In this document: positions 41,095 through 51,971 of the stretch, piece by piece
How positions within the stretch are numbered: position 1 is the stretch's first letter
Layout of the letters: every line of letters starts with the position of its first letter
Assembly: GCA_964016885.1 (NCBI GenBank)
Contig: OZ024748.1
Span: 36,084,001-36,148,000, forward strand
Reading direction: 5' to 3'
From: Eledone cirrhosa
Lineage: Eukaryota
Length of the DNA stretch: 64,000 nt
Position numbers and translations under genes: made by a program
The notes under the pieces: model-generated
What the model saw: only the letters and a program-made list of their open reading frames with translations
Told to the model about the DNA's origin: nothing
Database searches by the model: none

Positions 41095-41932
41095 TCTGTA
41101 TATATATAAAATTAAGTATGTGTGTCTGTGTGTCTGTGTATTACCTATAGGGGCCTACATCTTACGACCGATTTTCATGAAACTTTACAGGCTCATAGAT
41201 TAGTCATCGGGGAGTGTTTTCTATATATCAGCGTATCGGTTTTTTATTCCGGGGTCATTCTGCAGATAAAAATCGATAGGGGGTGGATCACCTTTTTTTA
41301 GGTATCGAAAAATAAGATTTGGGACACTAGCTCGCACATTTTGCCACCGATTTCGTTCAAATTTTAAAGCAAAATAGAATTTATCATTGCACATCCTGTA
41401 ATGGCTTTACATTTTGAATTTTTTGTTCTGGAACGGCGTGGCAGCCGCTTAAATATTCGAAAATACCACCTTTTCGCTCAAATGTCCGCCTTTTCGGCTC
41501 TAGCTCCCACATTTTTCAACCAATTTCGTTCCAATTCGAAACTTCGGCTCCACCTCACACATAAATCAATTTATTTGGTTCAACTTTATACTACGATAGA
41601 ACCTATCATTGCACATCTTATAGATGGTCAAAGGCAAAACGATGGCCACTGGCGTCGTCTGAGCTTTTAGTTGTGTATTTGAGAATTTATCGGTTTCCAA
41701 TCAAGTAGCGTGAGGAAATTTGGCTTAGTGTTAGAGGTCATTACCTCTCCCCCAGCATGCCCCTTCGTCAGTCACCCGCGTTTCTCAGTGATAGAGGTCA
41801 TCACCACCATCCCCCGCATGGCCTGTGTGTGGCCATAGATGAGTCATCGAGAAGCAGTCGTTAAGATCAAGACCTTTTCATCAAAGCAGATATTAGTTTA
41901 CCTACCCAGGCAATGCTGGGTACTGCTGCTCG
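41095..41932 (+). mobile_element. Non-autonomous Helitron
   Basis: 5' TC...TATATAAAATTAAGTATGTGTGTCTGTG; internal CCGATTTTCATGAAAC-type subrepeats; 3' hairpin TACCCAG-GCAATG-CTGGGTA followed by CTCG (degenerate CTAG); inserted between A and T. Confidence 0.75.
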
Positions 41933-41939
41933 TATCACA

Positions 41940-42189
41940 TCACCTTTGGAAACTCTGCTTCGTAGAATCGAGACGTATATGACGACCGTGCGATTTCAGA
42001 GCCAGGTTCGGTCATTGCATCGATCGTGCCTCCAGCTGGTCGCCAGAGAAACGATTGTAACATGTCTAATAAATTTTATTCGTCGCACCAGTGATTCTCC
42101 GTTTCTTATGTGATATCATACTCTGCTCTGAAGGAGCATCGAGTGCTCAAACGGCCTACCGCTTACAGACGCTTTAAGCATCCCACATC

Positions 42190-42195
<6 letters not shown>
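41940..42195 (+). mobile_element. PLE pLTR fragment (family e relative) with a variant HHR and the tail hairpin
   Basis: AUGACGA...GAAACGAUUGUA followed by AAUAAA. ATATCATACTCTGCTCTG..GAGCAT.GAGTGCTCAA is shared with the minus strand of 42290-42330. Ends in (TA)n. Confidence 0.65.
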
Positions 42196-42241
<46 letters not shown>

Positions 42242-42251
42242 GTGTGTGTGT

Positions 42252-42641
42252 CTGATGGTAGCTAAGATGCTTAGATAGCCGGTATGCCGGTTGAGCACTC
42301 TATGCTCTTACAGAGCAGAGTATGATATAATAGTAAACGAACAATCAGTGATGCATCTGAGCTCAATTTATTGTGTGTTACAATTGTTTCGCCGGCGGAC
42401 AGCTCGAGACGCGGTCATTGTGTGGATCTGTCTGATTCTGGACCCGCAGGTTCGACGGACACGTCTAATGATTTCGGAGCATATTCTCTCACAAATCATT
42501 AGACGTGTCCGTCCAACCTACGGGTCCAGAATCAGACAGATCCACACAATGACCGCGTCTCGAGCTGTCCGCCGGCGGCGAAACAATTGTAACACACAAT
42601 AAATTGAGCTCAGATGCATCACCGATTTTTCGTTTTCTGTT
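42252..42641 (-). mobile_element. Fold-back PLE pLTR (family e): arms 42343-42474 / 42493-42627 (extending with mismatches to ~42641) plus an unpaired tail
   Basis: Near-perfect inverted repeat with an 18-nt loop; GAAACAAUUGUA and AAUAAA on each arm. Confidence 0.8.
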
Positions 42642-42749
42642 CTCTCTCTCTCTCTCTCTCTCTCCATATATATATATATATATCCCTCTCTATCTCTCTC
42701 TCTATCTCTCTCTATAGGGTTGCATGTATATACACACACATTTATATAT

Positions 42750-43496
42750 ATATATATATGAATGTATATATAGTGTATTTTGCAATACACTGTATGCTTA
42801 ATTAAAAGCATTTCGAAGACCTTACGCTATTGTTTTAGAGTAGTGACAGTCTCACTTACTTTAAATTTTCAGCAAACAGGGGAGATAAAGCTGACAGAGC
42901 TCTGTTTCGGACTTTTTGGTACATATCAACGCTAACTACTCCACCTGTTTGCTGAAAATCATGAATGTTTGATTCTTATAGAATTCTAGTAATAATCAGG
43001 AACTGATTATACAGAGCGGTTGCCGGTCAAGCAGAAATTGTAAATTAGAATTGGTGCTCTGAAATAGCGATATATATATGAATGTATATATAGTGTATTT
43101 TGCAATACACTGTATGCTTAATTAAAAGCATTTCTAAGACCTTACACTATTGTTTTAGAGTAGTGACAGTCTCACTTACTTTAAATTTTCAGCAAACAGG
43201 AGAGATAAAGCTGACAGAGCTCTGTTTCGTACTTTTGGGTACTTATCAAAGCTAACTACTCCACCTGTTTGGTGAAAATCATGAATATTTGATTCTTATA
43301 GAATTCTAGTAATAATCAGGAACTGATTATACAGAGCGGTTGCCAGTCAAGCTGAAAATTTAAAGTAGGTGAGACTGTCACTACTCTAAAACAATAGCGT
43401 AAGTTCTTCGAAATGCTTTTAATTAAGCATACAGTGTATTGCAAAATACACTATATATACATTCATATATATATCGCTATTTCAGAACACCAATTC

Positions 43497-43501
<5 letters not shown>
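42750..43501 (-). mobile_element. Non-LTR retrozyme-like element: ~1.9 tandem 320-bp units, each with an HHR, plus an inverted arm (43351-43501)
   Basis: Direct repeat with period 320 (AATGTATATA at 42761 and 43081), no ORF, HHRs at 42889-42933 and 43209-43253, (TA)n flanks. Confidence 0.8.
43209..43253 (-). ncRNA. Type I hammerhead ribozyme with U3-A8 core variant
   Basis: AGCU-UUGAUAA-GUAC(ccaaaa)GUAC-GAAA-CAGAGCUCUG-UC-AGCU; stem I continues into a long helix (CAAACAGG/CCUGUUUG). Confidence 0.8.
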
Positions 43502-43550
<49 letters not shown>

Positions 43551-43551
<1 letters not shown>

Positions 43552-43728
43552 CGCACCGTTTCCTTTCGCTATATGTCTCTCCACCACTCCCCTACACACC
43601 TTTTGAACTCTTACCTGAAGAAGGGCTTATGCCGAAACGTCGTCCTCCACCTACCCCCCACTCTCCTGAGCGTGAAGCTAATAAACATTTGTCGTACTGC
43701 CTCTCTGTTCTGTCCCTGTTCAATTTTT

Positions 43729-43732
<4 letters not shown>
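43551..43732 (+). mobile_element. Solo PLE pLTR fragment with a minimal HHR at 43613-43643
   Basis: AC-CUGAAGA-AG-GGC(UUAU)GCC-GAAA-CG-UC-GU, then AATAAA; bounded by (TA)n. Confidence 0.75.
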
Positions 43733-43783
<51 letters not shown>

Positions 43784-43785
<2 letters not shown>

Positions 43786-46017
43786 GTAAATTTCTGGAAG
43801 CCTCGACAATGCAGATGAGTAAATCTCCGGGTAACAAGATCCGGTGGTGGAGAGAGAGATGTAAGTGGGTGTACGTTGAGATGCGTGGCGTGTAGAAGAC
43901 TGTAGCGTGTATAATAATGTAGGAAAGAGCGTAAAGGATAAAAATAAAAATAATAACACGAGATAGATTACCTTGGGAGAGATTTAATTGTCCCTATATA
44001 TTTCGGATTCACATCCATCAACTGGGATTTTTTTCGGGGGGGGGGGAGGTTGTCTGTCGGAAAGGTGCGACGTGTCCTCCGCTGTTCGTTGTTTTGAATA
44101 TCTGAGGTATTCAGCAGTGCGCGCGTGCGCGTGAAATGGGGTCGGTGAAGCAGAGGTCAGCGGCCGAAATAGTTCTTTCAATTGTGGGAGTGGGGTGGCG
44201 CTAGCTGTCAGTCCATAGTATTCTCTGCCTGTTTGGTGAATGTTACTGTGTGTGTGTGTGTGTGCGTGTGTTGTTGTCTCGCTTGAGTGTGAGTGTGTTG
44301 TTGCCTTGGTCCTCTGTATTTGCAGTGTAGTATGTTCGTATGGTGGAATGCTACTGTGTGTGTGTGTATGCGTGTGTTGCTGTCTCGCTTCTGTGTGTGT
44401 CTGCGTGTGTTGCTGCATCGTTTGTTAACTTAAACCAACCACCTCATTTCGTTTCTCTCGGATCGGTTGTTTAATTGTGGCCCTAGGCGTTTGATCCAAA
44501 GTGTTTCCTTGATACGTAATGTGCCGACGTTTCTTTCTGTCGCTAGAATTGTGACAATGGGCCTTCCGTCTTTGTTTCCGTATTTGGCTATGTGTTTCCG
44601 GAAAGACGAGGCCCTGGTGTTAGTGTGTTCCTTGATCCGGATGTGCAGCGGCCGGATTGTGCTACCTATATAGTATTGGTTGCACTTGTTACATTCTATC
44701 TTATACACGACGTATGTGTGTAGGCAACAGTTCGCATGGTGCATCGGGCAGTCTCTGAGGGAGCACGCGTCAGTTGATTTCTCGGGTTTCCTGGAGAGGC
44801 ATCTTCGCAGGGAGGGGCCCGAGTGGGCCAGGTGGATGTCGAGGCCTTCCCTCCGTATAGCCTTGCGGATAGGGTGGTGGTATTCTCGCCCAGGTGTGGC
44901 ATTTTAAGGAAGCACTTGCCTTGGGTGCCTCTCTGTTTCTTGTGTCTGGTGTCTCCTACTGTGTCTGTGAGCGAGATAGGGTACACGTTCGTATCCAGCA
45001 CCTCGAGGAATCGCTTGGTATGAGTGACACCACTCGCGGGATCGCTGCATCTGTTTTTGATTCGCGCGATCTCGTTCGTGATGTATCCTCTTTTGGCACT
45101 GTTATGGAGGGCGGACTTGTAGTGGACGAACAGGTCCCTGCAGGTTGCCTTTCGGTAGAAGTTGCAGTGGATCCCTCCCTGTTCCGTGATGTTGATTCGG
45201 AAGTCGAGGATGGCAAGTGACCCGTCGTCGTTGGGGTGTTCAACACTGAAGTCAATGTTCTCGTCCGTGTTGTTGAACGTCTTATAGATTCTGTTCGCCA
45301 TGTCTTGGGAAGATGTGAGGATGAGGATATCGTCCACGTACCTTGCGAAAAAGGCGACGGCGTTGGGGTGGCAGACGTTGAGTGCCTTGCGCTCGAGGCT
45401 GTCCATATAAGAGATCGCTAGCACACCCGACAAGCTTGATCCCATGAGCAGTCCCGAGGTTGGCTGGTATGTTTGGTCAAGGAATCCGAAGAAGGTGTTG
45501 TCGACGACAATGGATAGGAGTTGGTGGATGTCAGTGGTGGTGAGCCCGAAGCAGTGTAGGTCGGTGGATTGGACGCGTTTCATCAGTATATTAACGGCCG
45601 GGAGTGCCGGGACCGAGGTGTAGAGAGTGACTACATCAAGGCTGAAGGCATATCTGTTATCCTTTCTGGTATCGGGATCCATTTGATCCAGGCGCTCCAA
45701 CACCTCCTCGGAGCTGTTAACGTGTCCCGGCAAGGTGTCTAAGATGGGTTTGAGTATTCTGGCTAGGAGCCATGAAATTTTGTAGAGCGGTCCTTCCACG
45801 CTCAATACAATGGGCCTGATCTTTAGGTCGGGTCCCTGTTTGTGTGTTTTCACGAGGTGGTAGAAGGCGGGTAGTCTGCTGTTCCTCGTGAGGAGGTTGT
45901 ATCTCAGCTTCTTCGGGAGCTTCCGCCGGTCGCAGAAAAAAAATTGAGGTGGTTGGTTTAAGTTAACAAACGATGCAGCAATACACGCACACACACACAC
46001 AGAAGCGAGACAGCAAC

Positions 46018-46050
<33 letters not shown>

Positions 46051-46661
46051 TTAGCATTCCACCATACAGAGGAACAAGGCAACAACACACGCACACACAC
46101 ATACACTCAAGCGAGACAACAACACACGCACCCACACACAGTAACATTCACCAAACAGGCAGAGAATACTATGTATGGACTGGCAGGTAGCGCCACACCA
46201 CTCCCACAATTGAAAGAACTATTTCGGCCGCTGACCTCTGCTTGACCGACCCCATTTCACGCGCACGCGCGATCTGCTGAATACCTCAGATATTCAAAAC
46301 AACGAACAGCGGAGGACACGTTTCGCACCTTTCCGACAGACAACCCCCCCCCCCCCCCCGTAAAAAACCCCAGTTGATGGATGTAAATCCGAAATATATA
46401 GGGACAATTAAATCTCTCCCAAGGTAAATCTATCTCGTGTTATTATTTTTATCTTTATCCTTTACGCTCTTTCCTACATTCTTCTACACGCTACAGTCTT
46501 CTACACGCCACGCATCTCAACGTACACCCACTTACATCTCTCTCTCCACCACCGCATCTTGTTACCCGGAGATTTACCCATCTGCATTGTCGAGGCTTCC
46601 AAACGGCTTAAAGAAATTTACCTTATTATTCCACAATGCTTCAAGCAAACTTCAATACTCT

Positions 46662-46663
<2 letters not shown>
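43784..46663 (-). mobile_element. Penelope-like element, 5'-truncated, flanked by ~660-bp inverted pLTRs (43784-44446 and 45945-46622)
   Basis: RT and GIY-YIG motifs on the minus strand; the flanks are reverse complements; (TA)n on both sides. Confidence 0.93.
44430..45935 (-). pseudogene. PLE RT + GIY-YIG ORF, 5'-truncated and frameshifted in the linker
   Basis: LVKTHK, IRPIV, SLDVVTLYTSVP, GLLMGSSLS, ARYVDD and YRKAT, then in another frame VVYKIECNKCNQYYIGST...PQLN. The annotated N-terminus (CVCV...) is antisense pLTR, not protein. Confidence 0.9.
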
Positions 46664-46732
<69 letters not shown>

Positions 46733-46735
<3 letters not shown>

Positions 46736-46837
46736 TCTGGAATTTGCTGACGAAACGGCAAGCGCTCAGTCGTCGGGCAGCTGACTCTGATATATTTACA
46801 CTATTCCAACTATCAAGGACTCTAGTTTAAAACTGAT

Positions 46838-46840
<3 letters not shown>
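46733..46840 (+). mobile_element. Diverged relative of family c: 3' half of an HHR plus tail
   Basis: GUC(uggaauuugcu)GAC-GAAA-CGGC(aagcgcuca)GUCGU-C-GGG; starts abruptly after (TA)n. Confidence 0.6.
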
Positions 46841-46882
<42 letters not shown>

Positions 46883-46976
46883 CTCTCTCTGTATCGGATT
46901 CCCCCCTCTCTCTAACACACACACAACCGCGCGATCGGATATCCAGCCCGATTATTTCTATGCCCTCGTGAATATA

Positions 46977-47010
<34 letters not shown>

Positions 47011-47150
47011 TACATACATGTAGGTGTGTGTGTGTACACACAAACTCACACACATATATGTATGTGTGTTTGTGTATATAAGGTAAATCATATGAGTGAT
47101 CCTTTCATTACACACACACTCACACACACACACACACTCACATACACTCA

Positions 47151-47200
<50 letters not shown>

Positions 47201-47285
47201 TATATATATGTATACATATATATATATATATATATATATAAATGGAATAGAATGAAACGAAATTTTATTTCTCACTCTTAGGTAT

Positions 47286-47328
47286 ACGATGCTGACGATA
47301 GCTAATAAGCTTGAAACTAGTACATCGT
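47286..47328 (+). ncRNA. Minimal type I hammerhead ribozyme
   Basis: ACGAUG-CUGACGA-u-AGCU(aaua)AGCU-u-GAAA-CUAG-UA-CAUCGU: 6-bp stem I, canonical core, palindromic stem III. Confidence 0.8.
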
Positions 47329-47552
47329 TCCTGTGTCGGTGTTGAACAAAAAGGTGACGTGGTTGCCTAAACACTGTACGGCGTAATTCGGGCTGTTTGT
47401 TTGTTTACAAACAAACAAACCGAGCATTATAATAAATATTCGGTAAACCGATACGTGCATGTATATATGTGTACATGTATGTATATATATATACATACTA
47501 CTGTACGTCTGTATACATATATGTATGTACGTATACACACATACATACTTAC

Positions 47553-47608
<56 letters not shown>

Positions 47609-47979
47609 TTGTCAGAGATTAAGGAAAACAAGTCAACAACCAAATTTTTTTCTCTTACATCATGGCGGCCGTGGTGTAACTTTGCTATAAATAGACTCAT
47701 CGTTTTTCAATATGGCGATCAGTTCAATCATCACTTTCATTCTAACAAGATGTTATCTTTTAAATATGACAAATGACGATTATTTTATAATTGTTCTCAA
47801 TTTATTCTTTGATTGATTGTTTTGTTTTAATTAATTCTATTTCTATTTCTATTTATTAACCACCGTAGTTTTTACTGTTTAGTCATCGAGGGAAGGACCG
47901 TTCCTCCAAGACAACTGGGGGAGAAAGAGGAAAAGTTTGAGAGAGTGAGAGAAGGGGGGCGTTTGAGAGGTGAAGCAAG

Positions 47980-48025
<46 letters not shown>

Positions 48026-48387
48026 ATATATGGAAACCAGAAATCTGCTAGTTATAACAACATTATTTAATGGGTCACTCTTCTTTCAAGATAGTAAAGT
48101 CTCTCTCTCTCTCTCCTTCTGTCTCCCATTCCCCCTGCCTCTATCTATCTGTCTGTCTCTCTCGTCCCCTCTGCTATAACAACTGCGATCCTATCATTCC
48201 AGTATTTCTAGTTGTCAAAGAAGTATTTTAATAAAACCTTACCTCCTCCTCACACAGATCACAAGTTCATTTGAACCAGTTTCGTTAGTCTATTCCGGGT
48301 TTTATACATTCACAAAACAAAACTAATTTCTATTAAAATTTAACAAACTTCTGCTCTACTTGTTTATCACTTTAGACACACAATTGA

Positions 48388-48479
<92 letters not shown>

Positions 48480-48676
48480 CATATATATGTAGATAAATCT
48501 ACCAAGAGTTTACGGTAGTGTCCAATCCGTATGAAGAACTCAATGTATTCCGGATATCATGGAAAGAAGAGATGTAATGAAAATCCACTTTCGGTGAAAG
48601 ATAAACGGTATACAGAGTCAAGATAAAATATTAAACAAATAATGAACAAACAATTCCTTATATTAAACAAAAAAAG

Positions 48677-48831
48677 TTCACTATTTAACGATCGTTTCTA
48701 GGGTATATATGTGTTATAATTGGTATGCATATTTAACAGATCTATGTACAAAATTATACAAAATTATACAAATTATCAAGATTAAATATACATACCTAAC
48801 TCATATATACGCCGTCTTCAGAAATAATGAA
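48677..48831 (-). ncRNA. Hammerhead ribozyme with very long stem II (Naiad 3' pLTR)
   Basis: Reverse complement of 62456-62610. Confidence 0.75.
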
Positions 48832-49599
48832 GTATATTTATTGATAATAACAACAATTCAAAATATCAGTTCAAAATTGACCAATGAAAACACAAAGGGT
48901 TAAAAGCAGTTTGGTGTGTGTATATACATGTAAAAATCTTACACATATTTTACAATAATGTGTGTATAATTTGTATGTGTATACTAAAAAGATGGATGCA
49001 AACACAAAATTTCAAGGTTAATATCTCTGTAAGCTTAATGCGCTGATAAGATACGCAATGATACTTATGGAGTCAAGCATATAAATATATTTTTTTCATA
49101 CTCACACATATCAGTATAATCACACATACATGTGCGTATATGCATAAATATACACATAACCACGAACATACAAACACACACACTCCCCCACTCACATTTA
49201 TATATGTGGATATAAAATCATAAGCAAATAGAAATTAAGTCACTCACATAAAACACTGGCACACACATTTTTCAAGATCAAGATACAGAAATTAGGTGGG
49301 AGGGGGGGGAGGGGTCAGTATTAGATTGTCAGACCAGACTGCCTAATATAAATGTATCTATAAATTAAGAAAAATAAAAAAATAAAAACAATAAAATATA
49401 ATAAATATAATATGATGTACATACACATACAGATATACATACACATACATACATGTACGCGCACATAGAGATATCTACACATACATACATACACACATAC
49501 CTATACAGTCATACACACACATACATTTACACGAACATACACATACACATATAAAAAGATATAAATACACACACACACACGCGCAACACATACACACAT

Positions 49600-49658
<59 letters not shown>

Positions 49659-50002
49659 TAGACTCATATATATATATATATACACATATATATATATATA
49701 TCTATAAACATATATATCCACACACTCATACCACCATAAATACACATACAAACACCCACATGTATATATATATATATATATATATATATCCACATACAAA
49801 CACTTACACATATATATACACACATATATATACACATACACATATATATATACACACACATAAAAAACAGACATGCACATATATATATATATATATATAT
49901 ATTTCATTACTCATATATATACACATAGTATATATACATACACAACCTCACTTATACAACTATACACATAAGTTATATTACAATAATAATAAAGAATAAT
50001 AT

Positions 50003-50035
<33 letters not shown>

Positions 50036-50145
50036 CATATATATATATATATACATACATACATACACATACATACATACACATAAATATATACATACAT
50101 AAATACACACATACGAATAAAGACATATATTCACACATAGACACC

Positions 50146-50177
<32 letters not shown>

Positions 50178-50179
50178 TC

Positions 50180-50231
<52 letters not shown>

Positions 50232-51971
50232 CATACACACACACACACACAGACACACACACACACTCACATATATATATATATATATGTGTATGTGAGT
50301 GTGCGCAAATACACATATATATACACACACACATACAAACACACACAAACACATACATATGCATACGTGCACACACACACACATATATCACATAGATACG
50401 AGGATAAACATATAAATAGAGAGACATACAAATATATACAGAACCCATATACACATACATACAAACACGCATATACATATACATACATATATACACATAT
50501 ATATATATTCCTATATACAAGCATACACATACATACACATATATACATATACATACACATATACATACCACACATTCACATACACATACATATATAATAC
50601 ATATATATACATATATATACATACATATGTATGTACAATCATATATACACACTCAATCTTACATTCATATTTACATGCTCATATATGTATTTTTATATTT
50701 AGAAATAAATACCAAAACCTATATAGACACCCACCTACACATATATTCATACATATACGCTTACAAAAACAGATGATAATAGTATGGGGGAAAGGGGGGG
50801 TTTGGAGAAGGGGATCAAAGTAAATATATTTTTCAAGAAACATATAATATTTTCCGTATCTTAATTCAATGTATGTTCTTACATATTTTCAGTGCTAGGA
50901 AATACGAAATCTATGCATCCCAAAATAAAAAAGTATACCATTAATCATATGTTAACTAAACCAAAGATAGTCAACATATTGATTTCCAAGGTGTAAATTA
51001 GTTAGGTTTATAATATTTGAAGCAGAATTATGAAGTCAAACAGTAGTAGATTATTAATTACATTATAACTAAATTAAAGTTAATAACGTTATGGTATCAA
51101 TATTAGGAGATGAATTTAGTAATAGGGAAAAGAAACCCAAATAAAAATAAAATAAAGTATTACATCGGTAGTAGCATATAAATTATATGTTAACTAAATT
51201 AAAAATTATATATTTATTTCAATAGTATACGTTAATTAGTATATGTTAATTAGGTATACAATACATAAAGCAGATATTGTATTTCATCAATAGCATAATA
51301 TAATTATATGCAAATAAAAATCAAAATTAATACGCATACATATACATATACATACACATACACATATATATACATATACACACATATATATATATATATA
51401 CATATATATACACATATATACATATATACTCACATAAACATACATACAGATACACATACACAACACACACATATACATATACATATAGATATACATATCT
51501 TTTTCAAAAAATTGCACAGAATATATTAACTAGGTATATATCCAAAACACATCCCATTCTATGATTACATGACATTCTGCAATTCGTCTGTACAAGGATA
51601 CTAATTTTAAGCAAATTAAAATTAAAGTTTTAGGTTGATTAAAACTAAAACCAAATAATAAATATATTTCCAAAATGTATATTAATTAGGTCTATAATAC
51701 TAAAAATTCTTTCTCCGTCATTGGATACATGATATTATTTTGTTATATTTTATCTGTAAAAGAATTATAATAAAAAAAAAATTATAATAAAAGGTTAAAA
51801 TAAATTAAAATCAATCTATAAATTAAATTACTGAGTATATATTAGTAATATTTAAAGGTTTTTCAAAATTTATGATTACATAATATATTCTCATCTGTAA
51901 TAAAATATTAATTAAATTAAATTTACAGGTTAACAAACATTTAAATTAAATTAAATTCTAGAATAATGTTA

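Noticed and set aside
44144-44180. GGUC(agc)GGCC-GAAA hairpin resembling a second hammerhead
   Set aside because: It has no CUGANGA-like core and is antisense to the element.
45945-46147. Cys/Val-rich N-terminus of the 483-aa RT ORF
   Set aside because: It is the antisense (CA)n-rich inverted pLTR read through the inversion junction.
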